Assembly: GCA_965215005.1 (NCBI GenBank)
Contig: CBDCCZ010000041.1
Span: 1 to 50,672, forward strand
Direction of reading: 5' to 3'
Source: Kofleriaceae bacterium
Lineage (GTDB): Bacteria; Myxococcota_A; Polyangia; Haliangiales; Haliangiaceae
Length of the DNA stretch: 50,672 bases
The translations under genes were made by a program, and so were the position numbers. Shown here piece by piece: positions 20,156 through 28,609 of the stretch; position 1 is the stretch's first letter, and every line of letters starts with the position of its first letter. Under the pieces are notes generated by a model. It searched no databases. It was given only the letters and a program-made list of their open reading frames with translations, and had not been told where the DNA came from.

Positions 20156-20725
20156 TTAGACGATGGGCTGATGATCACCGGTGTAGCGCGGTCGCTCGGA
20201 CTCGCCGCTCGCCTGCAGCTGCTCTTTGTGCTGCTGCTTCAGCTCTTTGAACGTCGCGTCGATGCGCTTAGCGTCGTCGTCGCTGAGGTGCTGCTCGGCG
20301 CGGGGGAACAGCTGTTGCTCTTCCTTCTCGACGTGCTCTTCGATCGAGGTTTTGAGCTGGCGATACAAGTCCATCCAGCTGGCCTCGCTCGGCTCGAGCA
20401 CTTGCATGCGCTCGAGTAGCTCCTCAAGGCGATTGTGGTCGCGCTCAAAGCTTTCAATCGTGGCCGAGGTGTCCGGATACGCTTGCAAGCTGCGATAGAA
20501 GGACGCTTCTTCGGCGTTGGCGTGCGAGAACAGCTCGACCTTGATCTTGGTGAGGATCTCGCGGCGCTCACGGGGCTCGGCGCTGGGAATCCGGCCTAAT
20601 AGCCCCGATACCTCGCCATGTTCTTTCTTCAGCGTGGAGAAAATGCCGGTGTCGCCCGATAGCTTGGACTTCACTTGCTTGGCCATTCCAGCTGCTTTTC
20701 CTACGAGTTCGTCGGTCTTTTTCAT
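20156..20725 (-). CDS. Hemerythrin/HHE cation-binding protein
   Basis: EH...HANAEE...DH...HVEKEE..LFP; AAGGAG RBS. Confidence 0.88.
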   Translation of the reverse strand: MKKTDELVGKAAGMAKQVKSKLSGDTGIFSTLKKEHGEVSGLLGRIPSAEPRERREILTKIKVELFSHANAEEASFYRSLQAYPDTSATIESFERDHNRLEELLERMQVLEPSEASWMDLYRQLKTSIEEHVEKEEQQLFPRAEQHLSDDDAKRIDATFKELKQQHKEQLQASGESERPRYTGDHQPIV

Positions 20726-20761
20726 GGGTAGCTCCTTGGCGTGAGTTGGGACAAGTGGTTT

Positions 20762-20777
20762 TGCAGCTCACGTGCCA
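20762..20777 (-). promoter_or_regulatory. Sigma54 promoter of the hemerythrin gene
   Basis: Minus strand TGGCACG-TGAG-CTGCA, close to consensus TGGCACG-N4-TTGC. Confidence 0.7.
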
Positions 20778-20912
20778 CGAGCTGGCAGTGGCTCGAGCTC
20801 GAGCGGGAGCCGGAAAACTGCCTCTTCAAAGCCGGTGCTCGCGCCAGAAGCAGCTCGGTAGAGGCGTGCCAGCTCGGCACCGCCGCGCGGTTTTGCCGCA
20901 AGAGGATTCCTC

Positions 20913-20949
20913 CGGTACGCGCACGCGACCGCGACGGTACGCGCACGCG
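20913..20949. repeat. 15-bp direct repeat, period 22 (candidate enhancer)
   Basis: CGGTACGCGCACGCG at 20913-20927 and 20935-20949. Confidence 0.7.
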
Positions 20950-20972
20950 GCGCGGCAGTGCAGCGGTCCCTA

Positions 20973-21989
20973 CTAGGACGCGGCAGCGCCGCCGTAGAAG
21001 TGCCGCAGCCGCAGCCACAGCTCGATTGGATCGAAGCCCAGAAGCGCGAAAGGATGCGCGCCGCTATCTTTCATCGCGGTTTGAGCGGAGCGCATCGCGC
21101 CGCTCGCCATCTTGCGAGCGGACGCAGGAATCACCCGTGCCAGCGCCTTGGCGCCGCGCGTGGCAAACGCTGCCATCGTCGCGCCGCCGAGGAGACCCAA
21201 CAACCAAGCCGGTGCGGGATCGATGATCAGGTTTCGCCCTGCCAGCTCTCGCGCCAGCTGATCGGTGGGGCCGGTGAGGATGCGGTAGTAGGTGCTGCGC
21301 TCGAGAAAGATCGACAGCACCGGGCGGTCGTAGCGGGCCGCCACGAGCTCGTTGCAGCGCCGATAGCGCTGCCGCCAATCCCGCGCCAGCGTTGCCGCCG
21401 GCAGCGATTGCTCTAGCCCTAGATGGCTGGTGACGAAGTCGATGCTGCCGCCGTGTTTGCCTAAAATGGCAGAAGCGTGCACGCCGGTGCCGCCATCTTC
21501 GAAGACGTAGGCCACCAGGGACGCATCGTTGGGGATTAGCAAGTCAAAGGTCCGCTGGAGCGCGTCTGCCGGTGGGGTGGGGAGTAGCTCGAGAAGCGGC
21601 GGGTCGGACCAGATTCCACGTCCGCTGAGTCGCTTCAGGCCGCGAAGAATCGCAAGGCATTGCGCCACGTAATCGTCAGCGAGCGCGAGCTGTCCGTCGA
21701 CCTCGGCGTGCACGCGGCCGAGCGCCTCGCGGTCGAGCACGAGAACGGCATCGCAGCCTAGCGTCCGTCGCAGCGCTGCGAGCGCGGGTGCGGAGGTGCC
21801 GCCCCACGGCACCTCGGTGAGCTCGATAGCGCCAGTCCCGGTCAGCGCCACATGCACGAGCTCCTGCGCCTCGGTGAAGACCAGGGCAAGACATCCGCCA
21901 CCGGCGATCGGCGCCGGCGCCAGGAGATGGAACCAGTTCGATACGCAGCGGCCATCAAAGTCGATGAGCTCGAGATCGGTTGCCAACAC
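20973..21989 (-). CDS. Hypothetical protein
   Basis: Long ORF with protein-like composition; GTG 21989 lies 6 nt after TATCAT; no family recognised. Confidence 0.75.
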   Translation of the reverse strand: MLATDLELIDFDGRCVSNWFHLLAPAPIAGGGCLALVFTEAQELVHVALTGTGAIELTEVPWGGTSAPALAALRRTLGCDAVLVLDREALGRVHAEVDGQLALADDYVAQCLAILRGLKRLSGRGIWSDPPLLELLPTPPADALQRTFDLLIPNDASLVAYVFEDGGTGVHASAILGKHGGSIDFVTSHLGLEQSLPAATLARDWRQRYRRCNELVAARYDRPVLSIFLERSTYYRILTGPTDQLARELAGRNLIIDPAPAWLLGLLGGATMAAFATRGAKALARVIPASARKMASGAMRSAQTAMKDSGAHPFALLGFDPIELWLRLRHFYGGAAAS

Positions 21990-22158
21990 CGAACCATGAT
22001 AGCCCGGCCACTGCCGCGCCGTGGTCACCACTGCGTGGTAGTTGGCCGCCGGAGTGGCGGAAGGCGCAGCATCGTTGCAGGACGCAACGGCGGTTGCGAT
22101 TTTCGACATCTCTGGTTCCGTGGCGGCCGTCGGTGGCGGCAATGCACGGCGTTCTGCC

Positions 22159-22174
22159 GGGCATGTCGAGTGCA
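22159..22174 (+). promoter_or_regulatory. Weaker sigma54-like element
   Basis: GGGCATG-TCGA-GTGCA (GG-N10-GC); conserved C is 14 nt from ATG 22187. Confidence 0.4.
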
Positions 22175-22186
22175 CAGGCCGCGCTC

Positions 22187-23164
22187 ATGACTGGATCTAG
22201 ACTACTTCTGTGCTCTGCGCTGCTGGCCGCGAGCTGCGCCGCCGATGGCGAGCTCGATCGCGGCGCTCACGCTTTGGATGAAGCGCCGGCGGTTCTCAGC
22301 TTCGCAGGCGACTGGACCTTGGACCGCTCGAGCGAGCTAGCCGCAGGCGGCAGCGTCGTGATCAACTACGATCTGGCGCGCCTGCCGCAGTGCTTCGGCG
22401 ACGTTTACATGGCGCAGCGCACCTGGAACACGCTGGCGTTTGTCCGCTGGGATGACCAGCCATTCACCAGCTATTCCATGGTGGAATGCGATGACGCCCG
22501 CTGCCTCGACCCGCAGAGCCGTCCGCTCGAGCTCACCGTGCCCGCCGACGCCGAGAATCTCGAGGTCTGGTTTCAGACGTCGGGGCGTAGCTGCGGCGTT
22601 CACTGGGACAGCGCGTTTGGCGACAATTATCGCTTCCCTGTCGAGGCCGCGGCGCGTGAGCCAGCCTGGCTCGGCAATGCCGCTGTGCGTATCTCTCGAC
22701 CCTCGGGCGATGCCTGTGATGGCGGCGTAGCGCTCGCGGAGGGCTTCTTCTTCGGCACCTGGGCCCGCTCGCGCGCCACCACCACCAACGCGTGCTTCGA
22801 GGTCTGGGAGCCGGGCGTCACCGACTACGACAACGATCACCTGTGGCAAGAGCTCGACGTTCGGGTGCACTTTCGCTTTGACTCGTCGGCGCCGTTTCAA
22901 GAGCAGTACGTGCGCTTCGATCGCCGCGTGGGCAATAACGCGCGATATGCCTGGGACCTGCGGAGCATCGACCCCTTTGCGTACCTCAACTGCCCCACCG
23001 GCCCCACTTACGAGGATGATGTGTACGTCTACGCCGACCTCGAGCTGTACTTCTCGGTCAACGGCGCCACGTTGCGGCCCGAAGGCGGCGCGGACGCGGT
23101 GTACACCGGGCGCTTCCAGGATCATCGCGAGAATCCCTGGCGCGACGCCAACTGCCAACCGTAA
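22187..23164 (+). CDS. Lipoprotein, DUF6209-like with CBM21-like motif
   Basis: Lipobox LAASC; YDLARLPQC, LEVWF, WDSAFGDNYRF; FEVWEPGVTD, GNNARY. Confidence 0.75.
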   Translation: MTGSRLLLCSALLAASCAADGELDRGAHALDEAPAVLSFAGDWTLDRSSELAAGGSVVINYDLARLPQCFGDVYMAQRTWNTLAFVRWDDQPFTSYSMVECDDARCLDPQSRPLELTVPADAENLEVWFQTSGRSCGVHWDSAFGDNYRFPVEAAAREPAWLGNAAVRISRPSGDACDGGVALAEGFFFGTWARSRATTTNACFEVWEPGVTDYDNDHLWQELDVRVHFRFDSSAPFQEQYVRFDRRVGNNARYAWDLRSIDPFAYLNCPTGPTYEDDVYVYADLELYFSVNGATLRPEGGADAVYTGRFQDHRENPWRDANCQP

Positions 23165-23176
23165 CGTTCGAAAAGC

Positions 23177-24088
23177 CTACTGGCCGAGCTCGATCAGCCA
23201 CCGCTGCTCGCCGAGCTCGGCAACCTCCCATGCCTCAGGAACCTGTCCTTGGGTGGCTGCGCGCAGCTGTTGGCGCAAGGTGCGGCCGCCTTCGCCATGC
23301 AGCTGATCGAGACCGCGTTCATTGGCCGCTTCGACGTGACCATCGCTGACCATCACGAAGGCCGCTCGAGGAAGCCGTTCGAGAAGGAACAACAGCGCCG
23401 CACGGTCGGCCACTTCGTGCTCGCGCGCGAGCGGTACCTGTTGGCGTCGGAGCGCGGTGCGTTGATCGAGGAGATAGTCGAGCGAGTCCATGAGCGTTGC
23501 GATCTCTGCGGCGCACGGCAACTTGCGGCAGCGCCGGTGCGGATCGCCGACCTTCTGCGCCTCGACCACCGAGATGAGCTCGCCTAGCGGTGCGATGACC
23601 CGGCGCCGCAGCCGCCGGGTGGCGATGATGGTCCAACTGAAACCGGCGGCCGCTAAGAACACCATGGCCCAGGCGCCAGCGTAGCCGAGGCGTTTGGCTT
23701 CATCGTCGGCACGCTGCATGGCATCGCGGTTGATCTCGCCGAGCTCCAGCAGGCCGATAATCAGCTCTTGTCGGGCGGCCACGTCGCCGCTCAGCGCGGT
23801 GCGCCACTGCCCGCGCACTCTGTCCAGTACCTGGCGCTCGTTGTCTTCGGTGATGTTGTTCTCGGCGCGTTGAAGGGCGTTGCTAAACAGCTCTTCATCC
23901 CCCGGTTTGGGCGCTGCGGCGACGGCTAGCATCTGCTCGATCGCGGCGAGCGAGTAGACGTTCTCCTCGAGGATTTGCTCGATCGCAGGGGCCATGCGCG
24001 ATAGCAGCCCGATGCTGCCAAAGCTAACCAGCGTGAGCACGCCGAGGAGCACGGTGATAGGGGCTAAGACGTCGCGACGTAGCTCCAT
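23177..24088 (-). CDS. Membrane sensor: 2 TM + periplasmic helical domain + HAMP + PAS-like stub, no kinase domain
   Basis: TM1, ENVYSL...NNITE...INRDAM, TM2, HAMP (PLGEL...GD...EIATL), LERLP..AFVMVSDGHVEAAN. Confidence 0.78.
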   Translation of the reverse strand: MELRRDVLAPITVLLGVLTLVSFGSIGLLSRMAPAIEQILEENVYSLAAIEQMLAVAAAPKPGDEELFSNALQRAENNITEDNERQVLDRVRGQWRTALSGDVAARQELIIGLLELGEINRDAMQRADDEAKRLGYAGAWAMVFLAAAGFSWTIIATRRLRRRVIAPLGELISVVEAQKVGDPHRRCRKLPCAAEIATLMDSLDYLLDQRTALRRQQVPLAREHEVADRAALLFLLERLPRAAFVMVSDGHVEAANERGLDQLHGEGGRTLRQQLRAATQGQVPEAWEVAELGEQRWLIELGQ

Positions 24089-24090
24089 GA

Positions 24091-24750
24091 TCAGGCCACC
24101 GCGTCGAGCATGGCGTTGACCGCGCCGGGTTTGGCGACCACCACGAGCACATCCCGCGGCCGCACCACGGTTTCGGCGCGCGGCAGCGTCACCGCGTCGT
24201 CTTGGCGAATCGCCACCACCATGATCTGGTGGCGCGCCGGCAGCGCCAGGCGGGTGAGCGAGTGACCCACGAACGCCTCGGGCGCTTCGAGCTCGCTGAG
24301 CACCAGGCCCTCGCCCAGCGGGAACTCGCCGAGAACGTCGGAGTGGGCCACGCGCACGGCCATGCGCCTGCCAACGTCGCTTTCGGGATTGATGACCTCG
24401 TGAGCGCCGATGAGGGTCAGAATGCGCTCGTGAACCGCGTCGGTGGCGCGGGCGATGACCCGTGGTGCGCCGAGTTGGCGAAGCAACGCGGTGCAGATGA
24501 TCGAAGCTTCGCGCGACTCGTCGCCGATCGCGCAGATGCAAACATCGCGCTTCTCCGGTCGGAGTCCGGCGAGCTCGAGCTCATTGGTCGCATCCATTAC
24601 CGCGACCGACGCGGCAATGCGCGCGAGCGGCTCGAGCTTTTCCTCGCGCTTGTCGACGGCGATGACCTCGATGTCCAGCTCACTGAGCGCACGAACCAAC
24701 GAGGTACCAAATTGTCCCATGCCGACGACCAACACTTGCTTCGTCATCAT
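24091..24750 (-). CDS. trkA: TrkA/KtrA potassium uptake regulatory (RCK) subunit
   Basis: VVGMGQFG, MDAT, VIARA, IGAHEVINPE; C-terminal RCK_C. Confidence 0.93.
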   Translation of the reverse strand: MMTKQVLVVGMGQFGTSLVRALSELDIEVIAVDKREEKLEPLARIAASVAVMDATNELELAGLRPEKRDVCICAIGDESREASIICTALLRQLGAPRVIARATDAVHERILTLIGAHEVINPESDVGRRMAVRVAHSDVLGEFPLGEGLVLSELEAPEAFVGHSLTRLALPARHQIMVVAIRQDDAVTLPRAETVVRPRDVLVVVAKPGAVNAMLDAVA

Positions 24751-26747
24751 CCGACCTCGACATTGGTTTCGAGCAGGCGCTTTTCGCGCTGGCGGCGGCT
24801 TTCGGTGAGGAACAAGAACCCCGTAAGCGGACCAACGCGGCCAAGGAACATGGAAATCATGATGATCACTTTGCCAACCTCGTCGAGCAGGGCGGTGCCG
24901 CCCAGCGACAATCCCACCGTTCCTACCGCCGAGAAGGCCTCGAAAATCACGACGTCGCCGGGCATGCGCTGGGTAATGAGCAGCGCGATGCTCGCAGCGA
25001 CGACCGTGGCCACCCCCATGGCGGTGATGGCGATGGCTTTGTAGACCGTGCGGTGGGTGAAGCGGCGGTCGAACGCCACCGCCGCGGAGCGCCCGCGCAG
25101 CGCGCCCAGCACGACCAGCACCGCGATGGCCGCGGTGGTGACCTTTATGCCGCCGGCGGTGCCACCCGGGGCTCCGCCGATGAACATCAAGGCGGAGGAA
25201 AGCGGCAACGTCGCCGGCCGCATCGCATTCAGGTCCACCGAATTGAATCCTGCGGTGCGAAAGGTGATCGACTGAAACCACGCGTTGTGCAGCTTGTCGA
25301 CCGAGTCGAGCCCGGCCAGCGAAGCGTGCCACTCCAGCGCGGCGTACCCGAAGAAGCCGAGCGCGATGAGCACAGCGGTGGCGACCAGCACCAGCTTGAC
25401 CTGCACCGAGGTGTGACGGCGACGAATCAGGGCTGGAACGGCGGTGATGACGAGTGGGGAAAGGCCGCCCGCCACGATCAGAGCGGCGACCGTATGGAGC
25501 ACCAGCGGCATAGTCTGGTACGGGACGAGGCTCTGGGTCTGGAGCGCGAATCCGGCGTTGCAGAAAGCCGACACGGCAGTGAAGAGTCCACGCCATAGCG
25601 CAGTCCCAAACGAGTCGCCGGCGGCGGCGAAGGCGATCGTTAGCAGCACAGCGCCCACGACCTCGAAGGCGAACGTGACCAGAATCGTGCGCTGCAACGC
25701 CGTGTAGAGGGCGCTGCGGTCGTCGGGACTGAAGAGATCGCTCAGCGCCTCTTCGTGGCGCACGCTGATGCGCCGGCCCAGCAGCGCGAGCGCTGCAGTG
25801 GACAGCGACATGATGCCGAGCGCGCCGAGCTGAATGAACACCAGAATTGCGGCCTCTCCAAACGGTGAGAACGCGGCTGGGGTGTCGAGAACGATGAGAC
25901 CGGTGACGCACACCGCGCTCACTCCGGTGAACGCAGCATCGAGCAATCCAATTTCGACGCCCGAGGCGGCCGCGGCCGGCAACGCCAGTACCACCGTGGC
26001 GGCTGCGCACAAGGCCAGGAAGGTGGCAACGACGAGCCGCGCCGGATGATAAATGACGAGCGCGGTCCAGTCCTCGGGTATCACGCTGGTACCGCCGAGG
26101 CGAGCTAGTAGTAGCGTCGCCAGCGGCGCAAACGCGACAATCGTCAGTACTGCAGTCCATGCGCTGAGCAGCGCGGCGGCGCTCGCGGCGACCGCGGCGG
26201 CGGCGGCGAGCACGAGCCAAATGCGGGCCATCGAGGGGCTGGAGCGCCTCCGCATCCACATGCCCGCCTGCAGCGAGGCACCGAGCGCAGCCGCGACCGC
26301 GGCGCCGCGCATCGCCACGCCGCTTTTAGGGAACGCCAGGTCGGCAATGAACAGCGCGGCCAATGCCTGCACCGCAGACCACCGAACGTCAGCAATGGGC
26401 CGGTGCGCCAACGCATCGGCGGCCGGCCAGATCGAGGCGATGATGGCGATGGTCAGCAACGCCAGGACCAGCGCCAGGTTTGGGTGAGCGGTTAGTGCTG
26501 GCGCTGTCGAGCCCAGCAGCGCGAGCCATCCGGTGGTGGCCAGCGCGCGTCGCGTCGGCCGGTGACTGGAGCCAATTCCACCGAGTGCTGCCGCCGCGGT
26601 CGCGGCAATGGCCAACCCCAGCGACCAGCTCGGCTGGGGGGTGTCGGTGCCGCGAAACACCGCGCGACAGACCACCAATCCAAGCGGGGCCGCGGTGAGC
26701 GCCCAAGCGCGCGCGATGGTCGTAGGCGTGTCTTCCGCAGTGGCCAA
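24747..26747 (-). CDS. trkH: TrkH/KtrB potassium uptake membrane subunit with hydrophobic N-terminal extension
   Basis: Pore motifs SAVCVTGL, SAFCNAGF, RTAGF, GTVGLSLG; MFIGGAPGGTAGGIKVTT. Confidence 0.93.
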   Translation of the reverse strand: MATAEDTPTTIARAWALTAAPLGLVVCRAVFRGTDTPQPSWSLGLAIAATAAAALGGIGSSHRPTRRALATTGWLALLGSTAPALTAHPNLALVLALLTIAIIASIWPAADALAHRPIADVRWSAVQALAALFIADLAFPKSGVAMRGAAVAAALGASLQAGMWMRRRSSPSMARIWLVLAAAAAVAASAAALLSAWTAVLTIVAFAPLATLLLARLGGTSVIPEDWTALVIYHPARLVVATFLALCAAATVVLALPAAAASGVEIGLLDAAFTGVSAVCVTGLIVLDTPAAFSPFGEAAILVFIQLGALGIMSLSTAALALLGRRISVRHEEALSDLFSPDDRSALYTALQRTILVTFAFEVVGAVLLTIAFAAAGDSFGTALWRGLFTAVSAFCNAGFALQTQSLVPYQTMPLVLHTVAALIVAGGLSPLVITAVPALIRRRHTSVQVKLVLVATAVLIALGFFGYAALEWHASLAGLDSVDKLHNAWFQSITFRTAGFNSVDLNAMRPATLPLSSALMFIGGAPGGTAGGIKVTTAAIAVLVVLGALRGRSAAVAFDRRFTHRTVYKAIAITAMGVATVVAASIALLITQRMPGDVVIFEAFSAVGTVGLSLGGTALLDEVGKVIIMISMFLGRVGPLTGFLFLTESRRQREKRLLETNVEVG

Positions 26748-26760
26748 GCCGGCGCCGACG

Positions 26761-27303
26761 CTACCCTAAACTGTCGAAGTCGTGAAAGGGCGAACCTTGC
26801 TCGCGCGAGAGAATGTCGAGCGCGGCCACCGCCCCGTCGCCGGCCGAGATGATCGCTTGAATCTTATCCGGCCGCGCCGCCCATCCCACCGCGTAGATTC
26901 GATCGATGGCGGTGCGGCAGTCGCGATCCACCGGCACGGCACGCTCGGCGAGCACGAGCCCCACCGCCTCCACGAGCCCCGGCTTGGGCCCACTGGCCAA
27001 GATCAGGTAATCGCCGATCGCAGTGGCGTTAGCGGCGCGAGCAACGAATTGGCTCTCGCGTCGCTCGAGAGATTCCACCTCACCGTCGTGAAGCCGGGCC
27101 CCGGCGGCAACTGCTTGTTTGCGGCCGATCGCCTGAAACGTGGGGCCGTCGAGCTCCTCGATGCCGAGATAGTTCCACAACTTGGCCTTGTGCATGGGCG
27201 TTTTGTCAGACCCGAAGACGTCGACCTGTAGGCCGTTCTTTGCCAGAAATAACGCGGCGCTCAGCCCCGCGGGGCCATCTCCGATGATGAGTACGGTTGC
27301 CAT
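26761..27303 (-). CDS. Short FAD-dependent oxidoreductase (thioredoxin-reductase-like, no CxxC)
   Basis: IIGDGPAGLSAA, NYLGI, LILASG, IYAVG, QAIISAGDG; about 180 aa (alternative start 27321). Confidence 0.85.
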   Translation of the reverse strand: MATVLIIGDGPAGLSAALFLAKNGLQVDVFGSDKTPMHKAKLWNYLGIEELDGPTFQAIGRKQAVAAGARLHDGEVESLERRESQFVARAANATAIGDYLILASGPKPGLVEAVGLVLAERAVPVDRDCRTAIDRIYAVGWAARPDKIQAIISAGDGAVAALDILSREQGSPFHDFDSLG

Positions 27304-27320
27304 GGCCCTGTCATGCGTCA

Positions 27321-27662
27321 TCAGGCGGAGTTATCAACCTCTCGCGCGTGAGCGAGGGCGTCGCGCACGATGGAGCTGATGTGATGATCGGCGAGCGCGT
27401 AGAAGACGTGCCGGCCACGCCGCTGCGCTCTGACCAGGCGATGGTTGCGCAGGATGCGGAGCTGGTGGCTCATCGCGCTTTGTTCGATTGCTGCCAGCTC
27501 CTGAAGTGCCCCTACCGTTAGCGGCCCGCGAGTCTCCAGCGCGTGCAGCACCAGCAGTCGCGTGGGGTGCGCGATCGTCGCGAGCAGCTCCACGGTCGCC
27601 TCGAGAGCGGCGGCCGCTGGTAGCTCAGGAGTGCTCGGGAAAGAGCGAGCAGTTCGGCGCAC
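27321..27662 (-). CDS. ArsR/SmtB metal-sensing repressor, alpha5 (Zn/Co) type
   Basis: HPTRL, QSAMSHQLRILR, RRGRHVFY, DHH-x10-H-x2-E; start uncertain. Confidence 0.9.
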   Translation of the reverse strand: MRRTARSFPSTPELPAAAALEATVELLATIAHPTRLLVLHALETRGPLTVGALQELAAIEQSAMSHQLRILRNHRLVRAQRRGRHVFYALADHHISSIVRDALAHAREVDNSA

Positions 27663-28566
27663 AAGCGTCCCCGTTGTCTTCTAGCTGCAACGTGCAGTGG
27701 GTGATGGCGAAGCGCTCGTGCAGGACTTGGCCGATGGCGGCGCGGAGCTCGCGCTCGCGACCGAGGTCCTCGCAAACGACGTGCGCGGAGAGCACCGTTT
27801 CGCGGCCATCGAGGCTCCAGACGTGGAGATCGTGGATCCCGCAGACGCCCTCGACCTGGTGCAACGCGCCGCGAACTTCCTCGGCCGGCGCGCCGGCAGG
27901 AGAGAATTGCAGCAGCACGGCAGCGGCATCGCGCATCAGGCTCCAGGTGCTCCACAGCACCAGCACCACGATCAGTAGGCTGATCACGGCATCGGCGGCG
28001 GTTACGCCGCGCATGACCAGCACCGCGGCAACCATGGCACCGAGCGAGCCGAGCGCGTCGGCGAGCATGTGCAGAAGCGCGCCGCGCACGTTGAGGTTGC
28101 TGTGATCGGAGGCGCGATGCAGATGCCAGGCGCTGCCCAAATTGATGAGCAGTCCGATTGCACCGGCAATGAGCACCGGCAGGCCGTTGACGTCGTGGCC
28201 GCCGTGCCAGAGTCGATTGATGGCGCTGTGCGTAATCAGGCCACACGCGACCAGCAGCGCCAGGCCGTTGACGAAGCCACCGAGCACCTCCGCGCGGCGA
28301 TAGCCGTACGTGCGGCTGGCGCTGGGCGGCTTGCTGGCCAGGCGCGAGGCCCAAAGCGCCAGCGCCAGCGCGGCGACATCACTGACCATGTGAGCGGCAT
28401 CCGAGAGCAGCGCCAGCGACCCGCTGATGAAGCCGATGGCGGCCTCGATGCCCAAGAAGCCGCCATTGAGAATCAGCGCCCAGGTTAAGGCGCGCCGCGT
28501 CGCTTCGCCCGAGGCGTGGCTATGACCATGGTCATGGCCGTGACTGTGTCCGTGGTGCAGTCCCAC
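27625..28566 (-). CDS. czcD: Cation diffusion facilitator (CzcD/ZitB-like)
   Basis: His-rich N-terminus, SLALLSDAAHMVSD, TYGYRRAE, HMLADALGS, HDLHVWSL, HCTLQLE. Confidence 0.94.
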   Translation of the reverse strand: MGLHHGHSHGHDHGHSHASGEATRRALTWALILNGGFLGIEAAIGFISGSLALLSDAAHMVSDVAALALALWASRLASKPPSASRTYGYRRAEVLGGFVNGLALLVACGLITHSAINRLWHGGHDVNGLPVLIAGAIGLLINLGSAWHLHRASDHSNLNVRGALLHMLADALGSLGAMVAAVLVMRGVTAADAVISLLIVVLVLWSTWSLMRDAAAVLLQFSPAGAPAEEVRGALHQVEGVCGIHDLHVWSLDGRETVLSAHVVCEDLGRERELRAAIGQVLHERFAITHCTLQLEDNGDACAPNCSLFPEHS

Positions 28567-28572
28567 TCCGCG

Positions 28573-28609
28573 ACTATGCCCGTGCCGTCATATGACGTCA
28601 ACGTCATGT
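28573..28609 (-). promoter_or_regulatory. Sigma70 promoter overlapped by an SmtB/CzrA-type operator
   Basis: Minus strand TTGACG(28601-28596)-17 bp-CATAGT(28578-28573); inverted repeat ATATGA-CGTCAACG-TCATGT at 28590-28609. Confidence 0.75.

Noticed and set aside
20858..20873. Second sigma54 site (TGGCACGCCTCTACC) upstream of hemerythrin
   Set aside because: Has the -24 half but no GC at the -12 position
24091..26259. 722-aa TrkA and 454-aa HAMP ORF extensions
   Set aside because: Arg-rich N-terminal extensions are alternative frames of the upstream genes; plausible starts are 24750 and 24088
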